Below, one piece after another: positions 26,167 to 38,620 of a DNA stretch of 64,000 nt. The position numbers and the translations under genes are program-made. The DNA is from Octopus sinensis (taxonomy: Eukaryota), in assembly GCF_006345805.1 (NCBI RefSeq), contig NC_043000.1, forward strand, positions 4,340,001 through 4,404,000. Reading direction: 5' to 3'. Each line of letters begins with the position of its first letter. Within the stretch, counting starts at the first letter, position 1. The notes below the pieces were generated by a model, which was given only the letters and a program-made list of their open reading frames with translations, was not told the DNA's origin and searched no databases.

Positions 26167-26500
26167 TGAAGGTACATGGCTCAGTGGTTAGAGCGTCGAG
26201 CTTACAATCGTGAGGTTGTGAGTTCGAATCCCGGACCGGGCTGCGTGTTGTGTTCTTGAGCAAGACACTTCATTTCACGTTGCTCCAGTTCACTCAGCTG
26301 TAGAAATGAGTTGCAACATCACAAGTGCCAAGCTTTATCGACCTTTGCCTTTCCCTTGGATAACACTGGTGGCATGGAGAGAGGAGGCTGGTATGCATGG
26401 GCGGCTGCTGGTCTTCCATAAACAACCTTGCCCGGACTTGTGCCTGAGAAGGTAACTTTCTAGGTGCAATCCCACAGTCAGTTATGACCGAAGGGGGTCT
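26167..26500 (+). mobile_element. SINE family C, well preserved
   Basis: Box A tggctcagtggttagagc; box B gttcgaatccc. Confidence 0.92.
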
Positions 26501-26677
26501 CAAAAACATATATATATATGTAAATACATAATAATAATATTAGGGAGTATGGCTCCAAACTTACAGGGAAAAATTAGATTTAGGATTAAATCAAATTTCA
26601 CAGCAAAAATATATAAAATATGAGTTGCCTAATAATGGTTTTATCTCTAATTCACATTTTATGTAAATACATATATA

Positions 26678-27784
26678 TGAGGTGGTATCAAAAAGTCCAG
26701 GTCTAGTTATGTTTAATAAAACATAACTTATTTACCAAAGTTTTAACATCATCTCTTTTGAAATAGTCACTTTGCACAACGATACTCCAATCACAGTATT
26801 CCTGCCACTTTTGGAATCTGGTCAGGGATTTGCTTTCCATAAGTAAATTGAGGACCTTCTGCTGTTTGCTCAGGATCTCAACAACGGTGTTAAAACAGCA
26901 ACCATTGAGCTGCATTTTCATCTTGGGGAAGAGTTGGAAATCCACAGGTGCTAAATCTGATGAATAGAGCAGGTGCAGAAGCAATACCATATTGTTTCGG
27001 CAAGCAACTTAGTGATGAGGAGAACTCAGTGAAGAATCCAATTCTTTGCGCTCTACAGATCTGGTCGCTTTCACCAGATGTCCTCCTTCAAATGTTTCAA
27101 AACAATGCAGTACAACTCTTAATTGATGGTCTGGCCTAGGGCCAAACTCTCGATGCACAATACCACATTTCCAGGGGGTTATGCTCATGGCAGCTCTTCC
27201 AGATCACTCATCATCTTCCAGGGATGTTCTTCTGATTTCGAAGCGCCCATGCCACTCAAAACATTGCGTATGATTCAAAGTGCCATGCAGTGGGACTGAA
27301 CCCGGAACCATGTGGTTGGTAAGCAAGCTACTTACCACATACCCACTTCTGCGCTTATGTTTTGTTTATGTTATGTGATCGAGAAATCACACAACCAACC
27401 AGACTATCAGATGTTGTCAGACATCACTGGTCACAATGTGCATTGCATCTTTTTAGCCTTCACATGACACCACCCAGCTGGCTAGGCAAGTCTGTAAGTT
27501 TGCCAAAACATGCTCAATGTTTCTGTAACAGATTTCCCAAGTTTAACACCAAATGTCATGTTGGCTCTTTGTTCCAGCTTCCTGTCCATGACAAAAATCG
27601 CAGATTACAGCATACACATGATCACCAAAACACAAAATTTACAATTTGCAAAGTAAACACAGGGATGTTGCTTGGCACACTACCTCATGAAGGTCGTTGC
27701 TAGCTCTCATTGCACATAAAACCATGTGCAGCTGTCTGTTGGCACGTTACAGAACTAGTCTAGGAACTTTTAGATACCACCTTG
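26678..27784 (-). mobile_element. Internally deleted mariner with both TIRs and TA TSD
   Basis: TIRs tgaggtggtatcaaaaagt..ctagtt and aactag..acttttagataccaccttg; TA at 26676-77 and 27785-86; ORF 26703-26990 HLLYSSDLAPVDFQLFPKMK...DYFK matches the mariner YSPDLAPxD C-terminus. Confidence 0.9.
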
Positions 27785-28125
27785 TATTACACCCTTGGAC
27801 TAATCAAAGTCTTCAGGATGGATTTACTAGATGGAAACTGAATGTATATATGTGTGTATGTTGGGTTCTTGTTTGTGCCTCCTTGGCTTCACATTTTGTG
27901 ATAGTTGTAAATATGTGTCACCATCATACCCCATAGCCAGACATGTTCCTTTAGAATATTAGAAACAAACGACACTGCTTGTATGACAGTGAAACTCACT
28001 TACAACTATCATGAGATGTCAAAACAAGGAGACAGAAGCATACACATACACACATGCATACATATGTACAGACACATATATTTATATACACACATATACA
28101 TATACGTGCATATATCTAAATTTGT

Positions 28126-28164
<39 letters not shown>

Positions 28165-28168
<4 letters not shown>

Positions 28169-28337
28169 AGAATTCACGAAAAAAACAAAAGACGAAGACG
28201 GGTGGTGTAGAAAACAAACAGATGTATTAGTATCATGCTCGGGAATTGAAAAAGTCTTTTACGTTTCGAGCCTATGCTCTTCTACAGAAAGTTACACAGA
28301 AAGAAACAAGGAGAGAAAAAAATGTGTGTAGTGGCTA
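28165..28337 (-). mobile_element. Short non-coding Penelope-like fragment with hammerhead-like fold
   Basis: Minus 28291-28256: CTTT-CTGTAGA-A-GAGC-atag-GCTC-GAAA-CG-TA-AAAG; embedded in (TA)n. Confidence 0.55.
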
Positions 28338-28338
28338 C

Positions 28339-28364
<26 letters not shown>

Positions 28365-28371
<7 letters not shown>

Positions 28372-28486
28372 ATCACGTGACCGACCAGACCATCAGATGT
28401 TGCTACACATCGCTGGTCACAATGCGCTTCGCATTGTTTTTAGCCTTCGAATGACGCCACCCCGCTGGCTAAGCGAGCAGGCCAAT
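28365..28486 (-). mobile_element. SINE family E 3' tail
   Basis: Matches 33040-33167. Confidence 0.8.
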
Positions 28487-29404
28487 ATATATATATACAT
28501 ACAGCCATATACATATATGTGTGTATACACACACAACCAAACACACACACACACACACACTCAAACACTTACATACACACCTAATCTATTCACAAGCCTA
28601 GAATTTCGGTCGCTTCTTTCCCAAACTATCATCGTCTGTGTATATATAACTATGCAGCCTTGTCTCTTTCACACTACAATACATTCCTCTTATAACAAAT
28701 TTTTCCCACAGCTCATTTGTGCTTTGTCGTTCATGCAGACAAACATTACACATCCAGCAAAGCATGTTTGCTTCAATTCTTATCAGCCTTAACACACCTT
28801 TTGCATTGTGAATACAATGATTGCACGCATGCACACGCACACACACACGCACACACACACATACACACACACACATACACATTGTGCATTAGGCTAAGTC
28901 AAATTGATTATACACCTATTCGTAACAACCAAGTAAACTATTTGGTGGATCTGATCCGCAGCTCAACTGGATTGACAGAGTATATATATCCCTAACAGTG
29001 AAGTACAGTGGTCTCAAATAGCCAAGTGAATTGAAGTGATTTAGAGTGAAGTGTGCTGGCCTTCTTCTTGTTCTTCTTGTGAGTCTCTTGAGTCTGAGAA
29101 AGACAGTTCCATAATTTCTTGCTGAAGAATCTGCACAAGTTATTTGTTTCTAGCGAAATGCTTGTCTTTCCCCTTAGCTCACTCCTTCCATATGATATAT
29201 ATATATATATTGCCTATACTAATGTATGGTGTGTCACATGTCAGATATCAAAGTAATTGCAGAGTAATCTGAGATGAAGAGTTTTGCTCAAGAATACAAT
29301 GCACTACCTGGTCCAGGAATCAAAACCACAATCTCACAATTATGTCCTGTTCCAGTAAAACCCAGTAAAAAGCTTGTAGCCATTTTGAACACACAATAAA
29401 AATA

Positions 29405-29752
29405 AAAATCAAACGGAAATTGTAGTTAAGACACCTGTGCCGGTGACACGTAAAAAGCACCGTCCGAATGTGGCAGATGCCAGCGCCACCTGACTGGTGT
29501 CCGTGTCGGTGACACATAAAAGCACCAACCGATCATGGCCATTTGCCAGCCTCCTCTGGCCCTGTACCAGTGGTACGTAAAAAACATCCACTACACTTGC
29601 GGAGTGGTTGGCGTTAGGAAGGGCATCCAGCTGTAGAAACCAGACTGGAGCCTGGTGCAGTCTCCATGGATTACCAGACCCCGGTTGAACTGTCCAACCC
29701 ATGCTAGCATGGAAAACGGACGTTAAATGATGATGATGATGATGATGATGAT
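29405..29752 (+). mobile_element. RTE-type LINE 3' end
   Basis: 3' UTR repeats plus (GAT)n. Confidence 0.88.
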
Positions 29753-30191
29753 GAATCCCTATGTCCAATACATTATCAACTCATAAATCATTTTTCTGTT
29801 TAGAAATAGATATGCACATAATTAGCAATGATTACACAATAATAACAAATACCTTAATTAAAGAGCACTATATTTTGATTGATTTTCAGCTCAATTAAAT
29901 AAAAGATTTTATTCTAATAAATTTTTAACTTAATTAAATATTTATTGTCACTGTAAACAGATGGAGTACAGAATCTTATCTCAAGTAGTTGGAAGAATAA
30001 CAGCGACAACAACATAAAATATATCTATTAAGTAAATTACATTAATAACGTCCAATAATATATATGAATGTAAAACCATAATTACAATGGAAAATGGAAA
30101 CATATTTCATAATAACAATAAAAAAGCACATACATACACAAATACATGAATACACACATACATATACACATACGTATACACATAAACTTAA

Positions 30192-30950
30192 GTGCAGGTA
30201 TGGCTGTATGATTAAGATGTTTTCTTCCAATTTTTTGGTTCCAGGTTGAGTTCCATGGCTTGGTACTTTGGACAAGTGTCTTCTAGAATATCTTTATATT
30301 CACTGTGGTGTATGCAGGAGATTTGAAATAAGGACACCTACCTTCTATTTGTTGATGGAGACCTCCCCAGTGGTAATGCACCCTTCCACGTGGCCCGATC
30401 CGAATGCAAGAAATAGCAGCTGCTTTTCCCCTACCTTGACAGATTGCTAGATCATGAGTTCAATTCTAAGATCAGGCAATGTGTTGTGTTCTTGACAAAA
30501 CACTATATTTATTGTTGCTCCACCCCCCTTTTGATGAGGGGGACATGTCCAACTCTGTTGGCTACCTCGATCGAAAAGGCTCAATGCTCCCCTGCTTGCG
30601 TGCGCGTCACTAATGCCCCTTCCTCTTCCTGACAGCCCCAAGTTCCGGTCAGCTCCCCACCTGCTGACGTCATCCCAAATTCACCAGTGTCTTGTGAATG
30701 GATCTTGGTGGACAGAAACTGCCTGGAAGCCAGTTGTGTATTAACATTGTATGATGGTTGTGAGTGTCACAGTCATACAAGTTAAGTCATTTGTTTCCAG
30801 TCTTCTGCAGGAATATGTCTAACAAGAAGAAATATTGCTTTGCTCAGAAACAGGTGAGGGTTGGCAAAAGGAAGAGCATCCAGCTGTAGAGAACCTGCCT
30901 CAACAAATTTTCTCTGACCCATGAAAACATTAGAAATTGGATGTTAAGAT
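30192..30950 (+). mobile_element. Old SINE family G (A-like head, RTE-like tail) split by inserted fragments
   Basis: Head 30192-30290; body and tail 30690-30950 ending gcatccagctgtagag...ggatgttaa; related tail on minus strand at 34842-34956. Confidence 0.55.
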
Positions 30951-30961
30951 ATTGATAAATG

Positions 30962-31042
<81 letters not shown>

Positions 31043-31295
31043 GTATGTATTTATGTATGTCATTACTCAGTTTTATATCAAGATTTCTTGCCAATAGAGA
31101 AAGAGCTGGTTTCCAACGTAGATCAAAGGCTTCTTTGTTGGAATTTCAACAACATCAACAAGGTATTTTTGTATGTTTGTATGTATGCATGCATGTATGT
31201 ATGTATGAATGTATGTATGTATGCATGTATGTATGTATGAATGTATGTATGTATGCATGTATGTATGTATGCATGCATGCATGTATATATGTATG

Positions 31296-31326
<31 letters not shown>

Positions 31327-31374
31327 TCAGAAAGTGAGAGAGGAGTAGATAGACCGACAAACAGACAGACTGAC

Positions 31375-31418
31375 AGATAGATAGATAGATAGACAGATAG
31401 ATAGATAGTTAGACAGAT

Positions 31419-31453
<35 letters not shown>

Positions 31454-31454
31454 T

Positions 31455-31512
<58 letters not shown>

Positions 31513-31536
31513 TGATAGATAGATAGATAGATAGAC

Positions 31537-31576
<40 letters not shown>

Positions 31577-31598
31577 TGATAGATAGATAGATAGATAT

Positions 31599-31663
<65 letters not shown>

Positions 31664-31680
31664 CAGAGAAATAGATAGAT
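31375..31680. repeat. (GATA)n microsatellite
   Basis: Direct inspection. Confidence 0.95.
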
Positions 31681-32164
31681 ATGTTTCTTTATTAGCCACA
31701 CGGCTGCACACAGATAGAACAAATTACAAGGTAGAGCTTTTCTTTTGAAGGTTTAAAAAAAAAAAAAGGGAAGGGGGGAGTTTCGATCAAAAGGGATCAT
31801 AAAAGGAGAGAAAGAGGACAAAAAAAAGGGGGGTTAAAGAAAAAGGGGGAGAGGAAAAAAAAAAATTAGATAGATAGATAGATAGAGAAACAAATGAACA
31901 AATATTCCCAAAATGCAAATAAATATACACCTTGATGCAGATATCAGTTTTATAAAATTGACAGCAATGCACAGGCAATGGGCAATGGCTTAATAACAAA
32001 CTCTGGGCAATTTCCAGAGGCAAGCAAAATGCAAAGCAAAAATTGCACTACGCAACACAATTGAAATTACTTCAAAATATTATATTGCTTGACATTATAT
32101 AACACAACACAACACCTCTATGCCAAAGTAACTTTGCCTTACATTCCACTTTATAAATTATACA

Positions 32165-32550
32165 TGGATGGAAGCACTCCGTCGGTTACAACGATGAGGG
32201 TTCCGGTTGATCCGATCAACGGAACAGCCTGCTCGTGAAATTAACGTGTAAGTGGCTGAGCACTCCACAGACACGTGTACCCTTAACGCAGTTCTCGGGG
32301 ATATTCAGCGTGACACAGAGAGTGACAAGGCTGGCCCTTTGAAATACAGGTACAACAGAAACAGGAAGTAAGAGTGAGAGAAAGTTGTGGTGAAAGAGTA
32401 CAGCAGGGATCACCACCATCCCCTGCCGGAGCCTCGTGGAGCTTTAGGTGTTTTCACTCAATAAACACTCACAACGCCCGGTCTGGGAATCGAAACCACG
32501 ATCCTACGACCGCGAGTCCGCTGCCCTAACCACTGGGCCATTGCGCCTCC
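32165..32550 (-). mobile_element. SINE family B, full length, 13-bp TSD (tRNA-Arg-like head)
   Basis: Head ggaggcgcaatggcccagtggttagggcagcggactcgcgg; TSD tataaattataca at 32152-32164 and 32551-32563. Confidence 0.93.
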
Positions 32551-32620
32551 TATAAATTATACAACACTATAACACTCCAGAAAAAGTCTCAATATTTCTG
32601 GAATGATTCTTGTACAGTGT

Positions 32621-33022
32621 TACTCTTTACTCTTTACTCTTTTACTTGTTTCAGTTATTTGACTGCGGCCATGCTGGAGCACCATTCTTAGTCGAGCAAA
32701 TTGACCCCAGGACTTATTCTTTGTACACCTAGTACTTATTCTATCAGTCTCTTTTGCCGAATCACTAAGTTATGGGGACGTAAACACACCAGCATCAGTT
32801 GTCAAGTGATGTTGGGGGGACAAACACAGACACACAAACAGACACACATATATATGTATATACATATATACGATGGGCTTCTTTCAGTTTCCGTCTACCA
32901 AATCCACTCACAAGGCTTTGGTCGGCCCGAGGCTATAGTAGAAGACACTTGCCCACGGTGCCGCGCAGTGGGACTGAACTCAGAACCATGTGATTGGTAA
33001 ACAAGCTACCTACCACACAGCC
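32621..33022 (-). mobile_element. SINE family A
   Basis: Full match to family. Confidence 0.92.
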
Positions 33023-33029
33023 TATGTGT

Positions 33030-33312
33030 TGTTTATGTTATGTGATCAAGAGATCACACAACCTACCAGACTATCAAATGTTGTTAGACATCACTGGTCA
33101 CAATGTGCATTGCATCGTTTTAGCCTTCACATGACACCACCCAGCTGGCTAGGCAAGCAGGCCAACATCCTCCCTTGATCAAAAAGGGGACTGGAGCAAC
33201 AATAAATAAAGTGTTTTGTCAATAACACAACACACTACCGGGTCTGAGAATTGAACTCATGATCTAGCAATCATGAGTGCAACACCCAAACCACTAGGCC
33301 AAATGACTTCAT
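33030..33312 (-). mobile_element. SINE family E (CORE-like head, distinct tail)
   Basis: Head ggcctagtggtttgggtgttgcactc...gagttcaattctc; tail shared with 28365-28486. Confidence 0.78.
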
Positions 33313-33559
33313 GTTATGTTATGTAGTGTAGTGTAACTTATGTTCCCTGTGACTTATGGTTGTTCCTCCAAGCTGAAGAAGATGAAGAAGGCTGTGACAA
33401 TAGGACCTGGAATTCCAAGGGACCTTCATAAAATGACTGGAGTGCTACAACAAATGCATTGAAATCAGAGGGTCCTTCTTTGATCCTTATTAAAAAGAAA
33501 ATGCACAATATTCTGTTCTCCTTCAAAGAAGGCTCCTCTGACTTCAATGCATTTGTTGG

Positions 33560-33587
33560 GGTGATGATGATGATGATGACGATGAAT

Positions 33588-33624
<37 letters not shown>

Positions 33625-33805
33625 TGATGATGATGATAACAATGATGATGACAATGATGATGACAATGATGATGATGATGATGATGACAATGATGATGAT
33701 GATGATGATGATGATGACAATGATGATGAGGATGATGGTGATGATGATGGTGATGGTGGTGGTCATGTTGGTGGTGGTGATGATGATGATGATGATGATG
33801 ATGAC

Positions 33806-33854
<49 letters not shown>

Positions 33855-33917
33855 GTGGTGGTGATGTTGGTGGTGGTGGTGATGTTGGTGGTGGTGGTGA
33901 TGATGATGATGATGATA

Positions 33918-33949
<32 letters not shown>

Positions 33950-33955
33950 GATGAT
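33560..33955. repeat. (GAT)n/(GGT)n microsatellite
   Basis: Direct inspection. Confidence 0.95.
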
Positions 33956-35013
33956 CACTCTATAAACACTTCACTTCATATTACACAAATAAAAAAACAA
34001 AACTATTAAGTAATAATGCTCTTTCAGCAACAGCACCACAGCAACAACAAAAACAACGACAACAGCAAAAACAACAACACATCAACAACAGCCGCAACGT
34101 CAATATTGTCAACGACAACTACAATATCAATAGCCTACAACTAACTGTTAGGCCTACAAATTAAGACACATCATTAGTATAAATTAATGGAGACTTTTAT
34201 AGATATTTACGAGGCTGAATGTAAAATGTTGTCAAGCTAACGATAAAGCAGCCTTAATTATATTTCATAAATCATTAATTTCTCTCTAATTATATTCCAT
34301 AAAAATATATGGTTATTTTAAACTGCAAGATAAATTAGTAGAATTTGAAAAATCATTACTTCAATCAAACAAACATGTATAGAATCACTTGTTTCTTAGC
34401 CAAAACAGGAATTGAGCTAATCTAGGAAGACTTTATGTGGTAGTTCAATCTGCTAAAAGCAGCAGCTAAATCACCCTCAAATCATATCGTTACAGATTAG
34501 AAAAAGAACGAACACTTTGTATGTTGTTTTAGAAACGCTAAAGTCTTCCTCGTCATAAAGAAGTAATTAAAATTAAATTATTATGATCTCGCTAGAACTA
34601 AATGGATCTAAAATGTTTTAACTTCATCACACACTAAAGATCAAACAAAAATGACTGACACACTTTTCATTATAAAAAGATTTTTAAAAAATAATTTAAT
34701 GTTAAACATTTAGAAAAAAATATATAGAAAATTATTGCTCATCTTGCTTAATAATCATACTTGTAATTAACATAATTATGAATAACACATTTTTGAGAAT
34801 GTTCAAGCATTAAAATTAATTTTCTAAGATATTAAATTTGTCATCATTGTTTTAACATCCACTTTTCCATGCTTGCATGGGTTAGAGGAAATTCATTGAA
34901 ACAGATTCTCAATGGCCAGATGCCCTCTTCGTGACCAACTCTCACCTGTTTCCAAGAAAGACTAGAAATGAGAGACAAGGAGACATAAACACACACAAAT
35001 ATGCACACATATG

Positions 35014-35069
<56 letters not shown>

Positions 35070-37345
35070 ACACATCCAGAACCATGCTTAAGAGTGAAAT
35101 TTAAAATTTCTCAGTTTTTAAATTTAAAATTTCTCAGCATATATATAACTCAAATTTCATTTCTTTTTAGATTTAACCCATTAGAAATAATGGATGGAGC
35201 CAGTCAAAGCAAACTTCTTGACTACACAACCATGTCTGTTATTTGCCCACTAAGCTCCCACCTTGATGGAATCATGGCTTGCGTGGTTCTCACTGGTCAT
35301 TATTTACACCATGTTTTCTTAGCAAATACCAAACCACAGAGTGCGAAACTCCAGCCAATGACCTTCCCCAGATCAATGAGTGCCAAGCTGGGTGCTTACC
35401 CTAAGATGAGAACTACTCTTATAGTTGTCTCACTAAAAAGGAAATATCAGTGCTATTCCATGATGGCACAAACCCAAACTACAACTCAGTTAAGTTAATT
35501 ATCTTCCTAATCAATCAGTCAAAATTCTTCCTGTTACTTTTGTAATTTGGTTCATTAGTTTGGTACCTCTATAATTGCTTCTTTCCAGAGCATCTTTGCT
35601 CTTGTTGATGATAATGCTATGCCAGTCATTGGGTATAAGGCCTCTTTATATTTCCTTATTGTTTGTCTGAGTGACTAGCATGATCTTTACCTGATAAGAA
35701 GAGGGAGATCTTTGATGGAAGACAGATTGTTGCTTGATATCAGTTTCCAGCAACTTAAATGAAGGCAGTTTGTTTGCTCATTTGATGATGATCAAAAGGT
35801 TCTTAAATATGGTCAAGACATTTTAAATGCAGTTAGGGGGGCTTTGATGGCAATTATATCTGTCACAATTTTGGCATGATTTTATTAGCTAGCTACTCTT
35901 TCTATTGCCAACCACATCACACCTTGGACTTGAAATCTATCATGACAACATCCCTAGAGAGTCTGTCTGTCAGGGTAAAAGTGTCCCTTCTACACTGCAT
36001 CAGTTTATATTCAAAGCTACCTCTGTCCTGGATCTGAGCTGTGCAGAATTGAATTTTTTGAGTTCCTGTTCTCCTGATTGGATCACTTGTAATATAGTTC
36101 ATATCTTACCTGTTATATTAAATCATTTCATATCATCATTTTTATACTACCAGTCACCATTCTCTCTCTTTTTAACTACTCCCAATCGACATCTATCCAT
36201 CATTCTTATTGTCTCTCTTCTCATATTTGCCATCAATCACCCCCCATCTGTTTACCACTGACTACTTTCATCTCTTATATGCATCTGATCATCTCTATGT
36301 TCATACCTACCTCTTATTCTGCCCTCACATTTTTGCAACCCCACCCACCTCTGCTGATTCACCTGTCTCTATGTTCTCTTTTGCCCCCCCCCCCCTTCTT
36401 GGACATATTACTTTGTACTTCTACTTTTGGTAGCATCCATCTGCGGTGGGGTGAGGTGGTTCCAACCAATAAGTGTTCAGAATTTCAGTGGGAATATAAG
36501 TTCACATGCAGCCCCCAGTCACGTGCATACATTTTGGGATAGTGTGATCCATAGTAGTTCATCTTGCCATTAATTGTTGACCATCACAGAGGATTCGCTT
36601 ATCAGGTCACAGCTGATTATTGGAGCAGATGTAACCTGAGTTTCAAGCAGGATCTAGATACATGATTTAACAAACGTTAAGGGTGCCTCACTGACAGTGG
36701 TCTTCCAGCATGCCAGACACCAGCCTGGAGCTTCTGTGGGGGGCCTATGCACTTGTTACCTTGAATGTGTGTTTGGGCCCCTCATCACCATCATAATTAC
36801 ATCTCTTTGTGGCACTACTCCAACCATCCACACACATCTATGTAAACTGTCAAATAACCATGGATCTCCTCCATAACAAACTTATCTCCACTTCTCGCAT
36901 CACCTCAGATATATGGCATAACCTCTCGCCACCTCAGATACATGGCATAAATTATGAATAGAAAAAAATTGATGGCATTCAGTTGTAAAAAAAAACAAGT
37001 GAAGAGGAAAAAAATAATCATATCCCTGAACCTACTGTCAAGCATCTAACCACACATAGATCTCTTATTTATGATGTAAACATGATAGCTCTAGTACTGC
37101 CATAGGGCCTACTCCAATGAACACTCGAATTAAGCAAATATATGCATAAATGTGTGTGTGTATGTATGAGTGTATATGTATATATTTGTGTGTATGTATA
37201 TATGTATATATGTATATATATATATATATTTATATACATATATATATATATGTGTGTGTGCATGCGTATTTTATATAAGTATATGTATATGCAATATATA
37301 TATATATGTATATCTAATGTGTACATATATATATGTATGTATATG

Positions 37346-37395
<50 letters not shown>

Positions 37396-38135
37396 TATAT
37401 ATAGATGTATATATATATCCAATGTGTACATATATATATATGTACATATGTTTTATATACATATATATATATATAGAGTATATATATATATATAAAACAC
37501 ATACGTACATATATATATGTACACATTGGATATATATATATATATATATATGTATGCATATGTGTGTTTGTGTTTGTATATATACCATCATCGTTTAACA
37601 TCCATTTTCCATGAGAGAGAGGGAGAGAGAGTGAGAGAGTAAGAGAGAGAGAAAGAGAAAGAGAAAGGTCATAAATGACATTGAACAATGCAATATTGGG
37701 AAATAATAAATGTATTCTTCAATATTTCAGCTTAAAGAAGCAATTATTTGGAACTGGAAATTTCTAATAGAAATAAATTGTACATAACAGCAGTACAGCT
37801 CCTATTTCAAGGCTTCCAGCTTATATGTAGGCTTATTACTGTTGAAATATTAAAGAATATACACTTATTTTTTTCCTGCATGGTGGCTGTTATTACATTG
37901 CTATTTCTAGAGTGGAATGACAATAATTCAAATAACTAATGTTAGCTACAAACTGTTTTAGCTAAGATTTTCAAGATTTTCCATCCCAACATTGACTTCA
38001 CATGTTCTTCTATTGCAATCTTGTTCTGTAATTTACATTATACAGAGTTAAGTTGTTGCCTGGCTGCTGTGTGGTTAAGAATCTTGCTTCCCAACCACAT
38101 GGTTTTGGATTTAGTCCCATACATACATACATACA

Positions 38136-38217
<82 letters not shown>

Positions 38218-38221
<4 letters not shown>

Positions 38222-38316
38222 GTAGTAGTTAAGAGCACAGGCTACTGACTCCAAGATTCCAAGTTCGATTCCAAGCAGTGACCTGAACACTAACAATAAT
38301 AATAATAATAATGATG

Positions 38317-38355
<39 letters not shown>

Positions 38356-38620
38356 TAGTAATAATAATAATTATAATGATAACAATAATAATAATAATAA
38401 TAGTAATAATAATAATAATAATCATAATAAAAACAATAAAGATAACAACATCGAAAAATACCTTAGGAATGGGAACCCAAGTTCAAAATTTCCCCAAGAC
38501 ATCTGAAGAAGGCTGGAAGGTATATCAGCCGAAACGTGTTAACAACAAACTAGATGAGGACAAATATCTATCGAATGTAAATAATGTACATAATTCCTCT
38601 TCTCTTAAATATAGAATTGT
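38218..38620 (+). mobile_element. tRNA-headed SINE with internal (AAT)n and hammerhead-like 3' module
   Basis: Box A-like TGGCGTAGTAGTTAAG at 38218; box B GTTCGATTCC 38263-38272; CTGAAGA 38503-09, GGCTG/CAGCC stem, GAAA 38531-34; tail reappears at 15768-15893. Confidence 0.7.

Noticed and set aside
26167-26245. tRNA gene (also the other SINE heads)
   Set aside because: A/B boxes run directly into SINE bodies and the acceptor stem and terminator are not intact
33338-33965. Poly-Met and poly-Ile ORFs
   Set aside because: (GAT)n microsatellite
35900-36790. Possible Penelope GIY-YIG coding remnants (also 57060-57430)
   Set aside because: Only faint resemblance; no continuous motif could be translated by eye; needs tBLASTx or an HMM search
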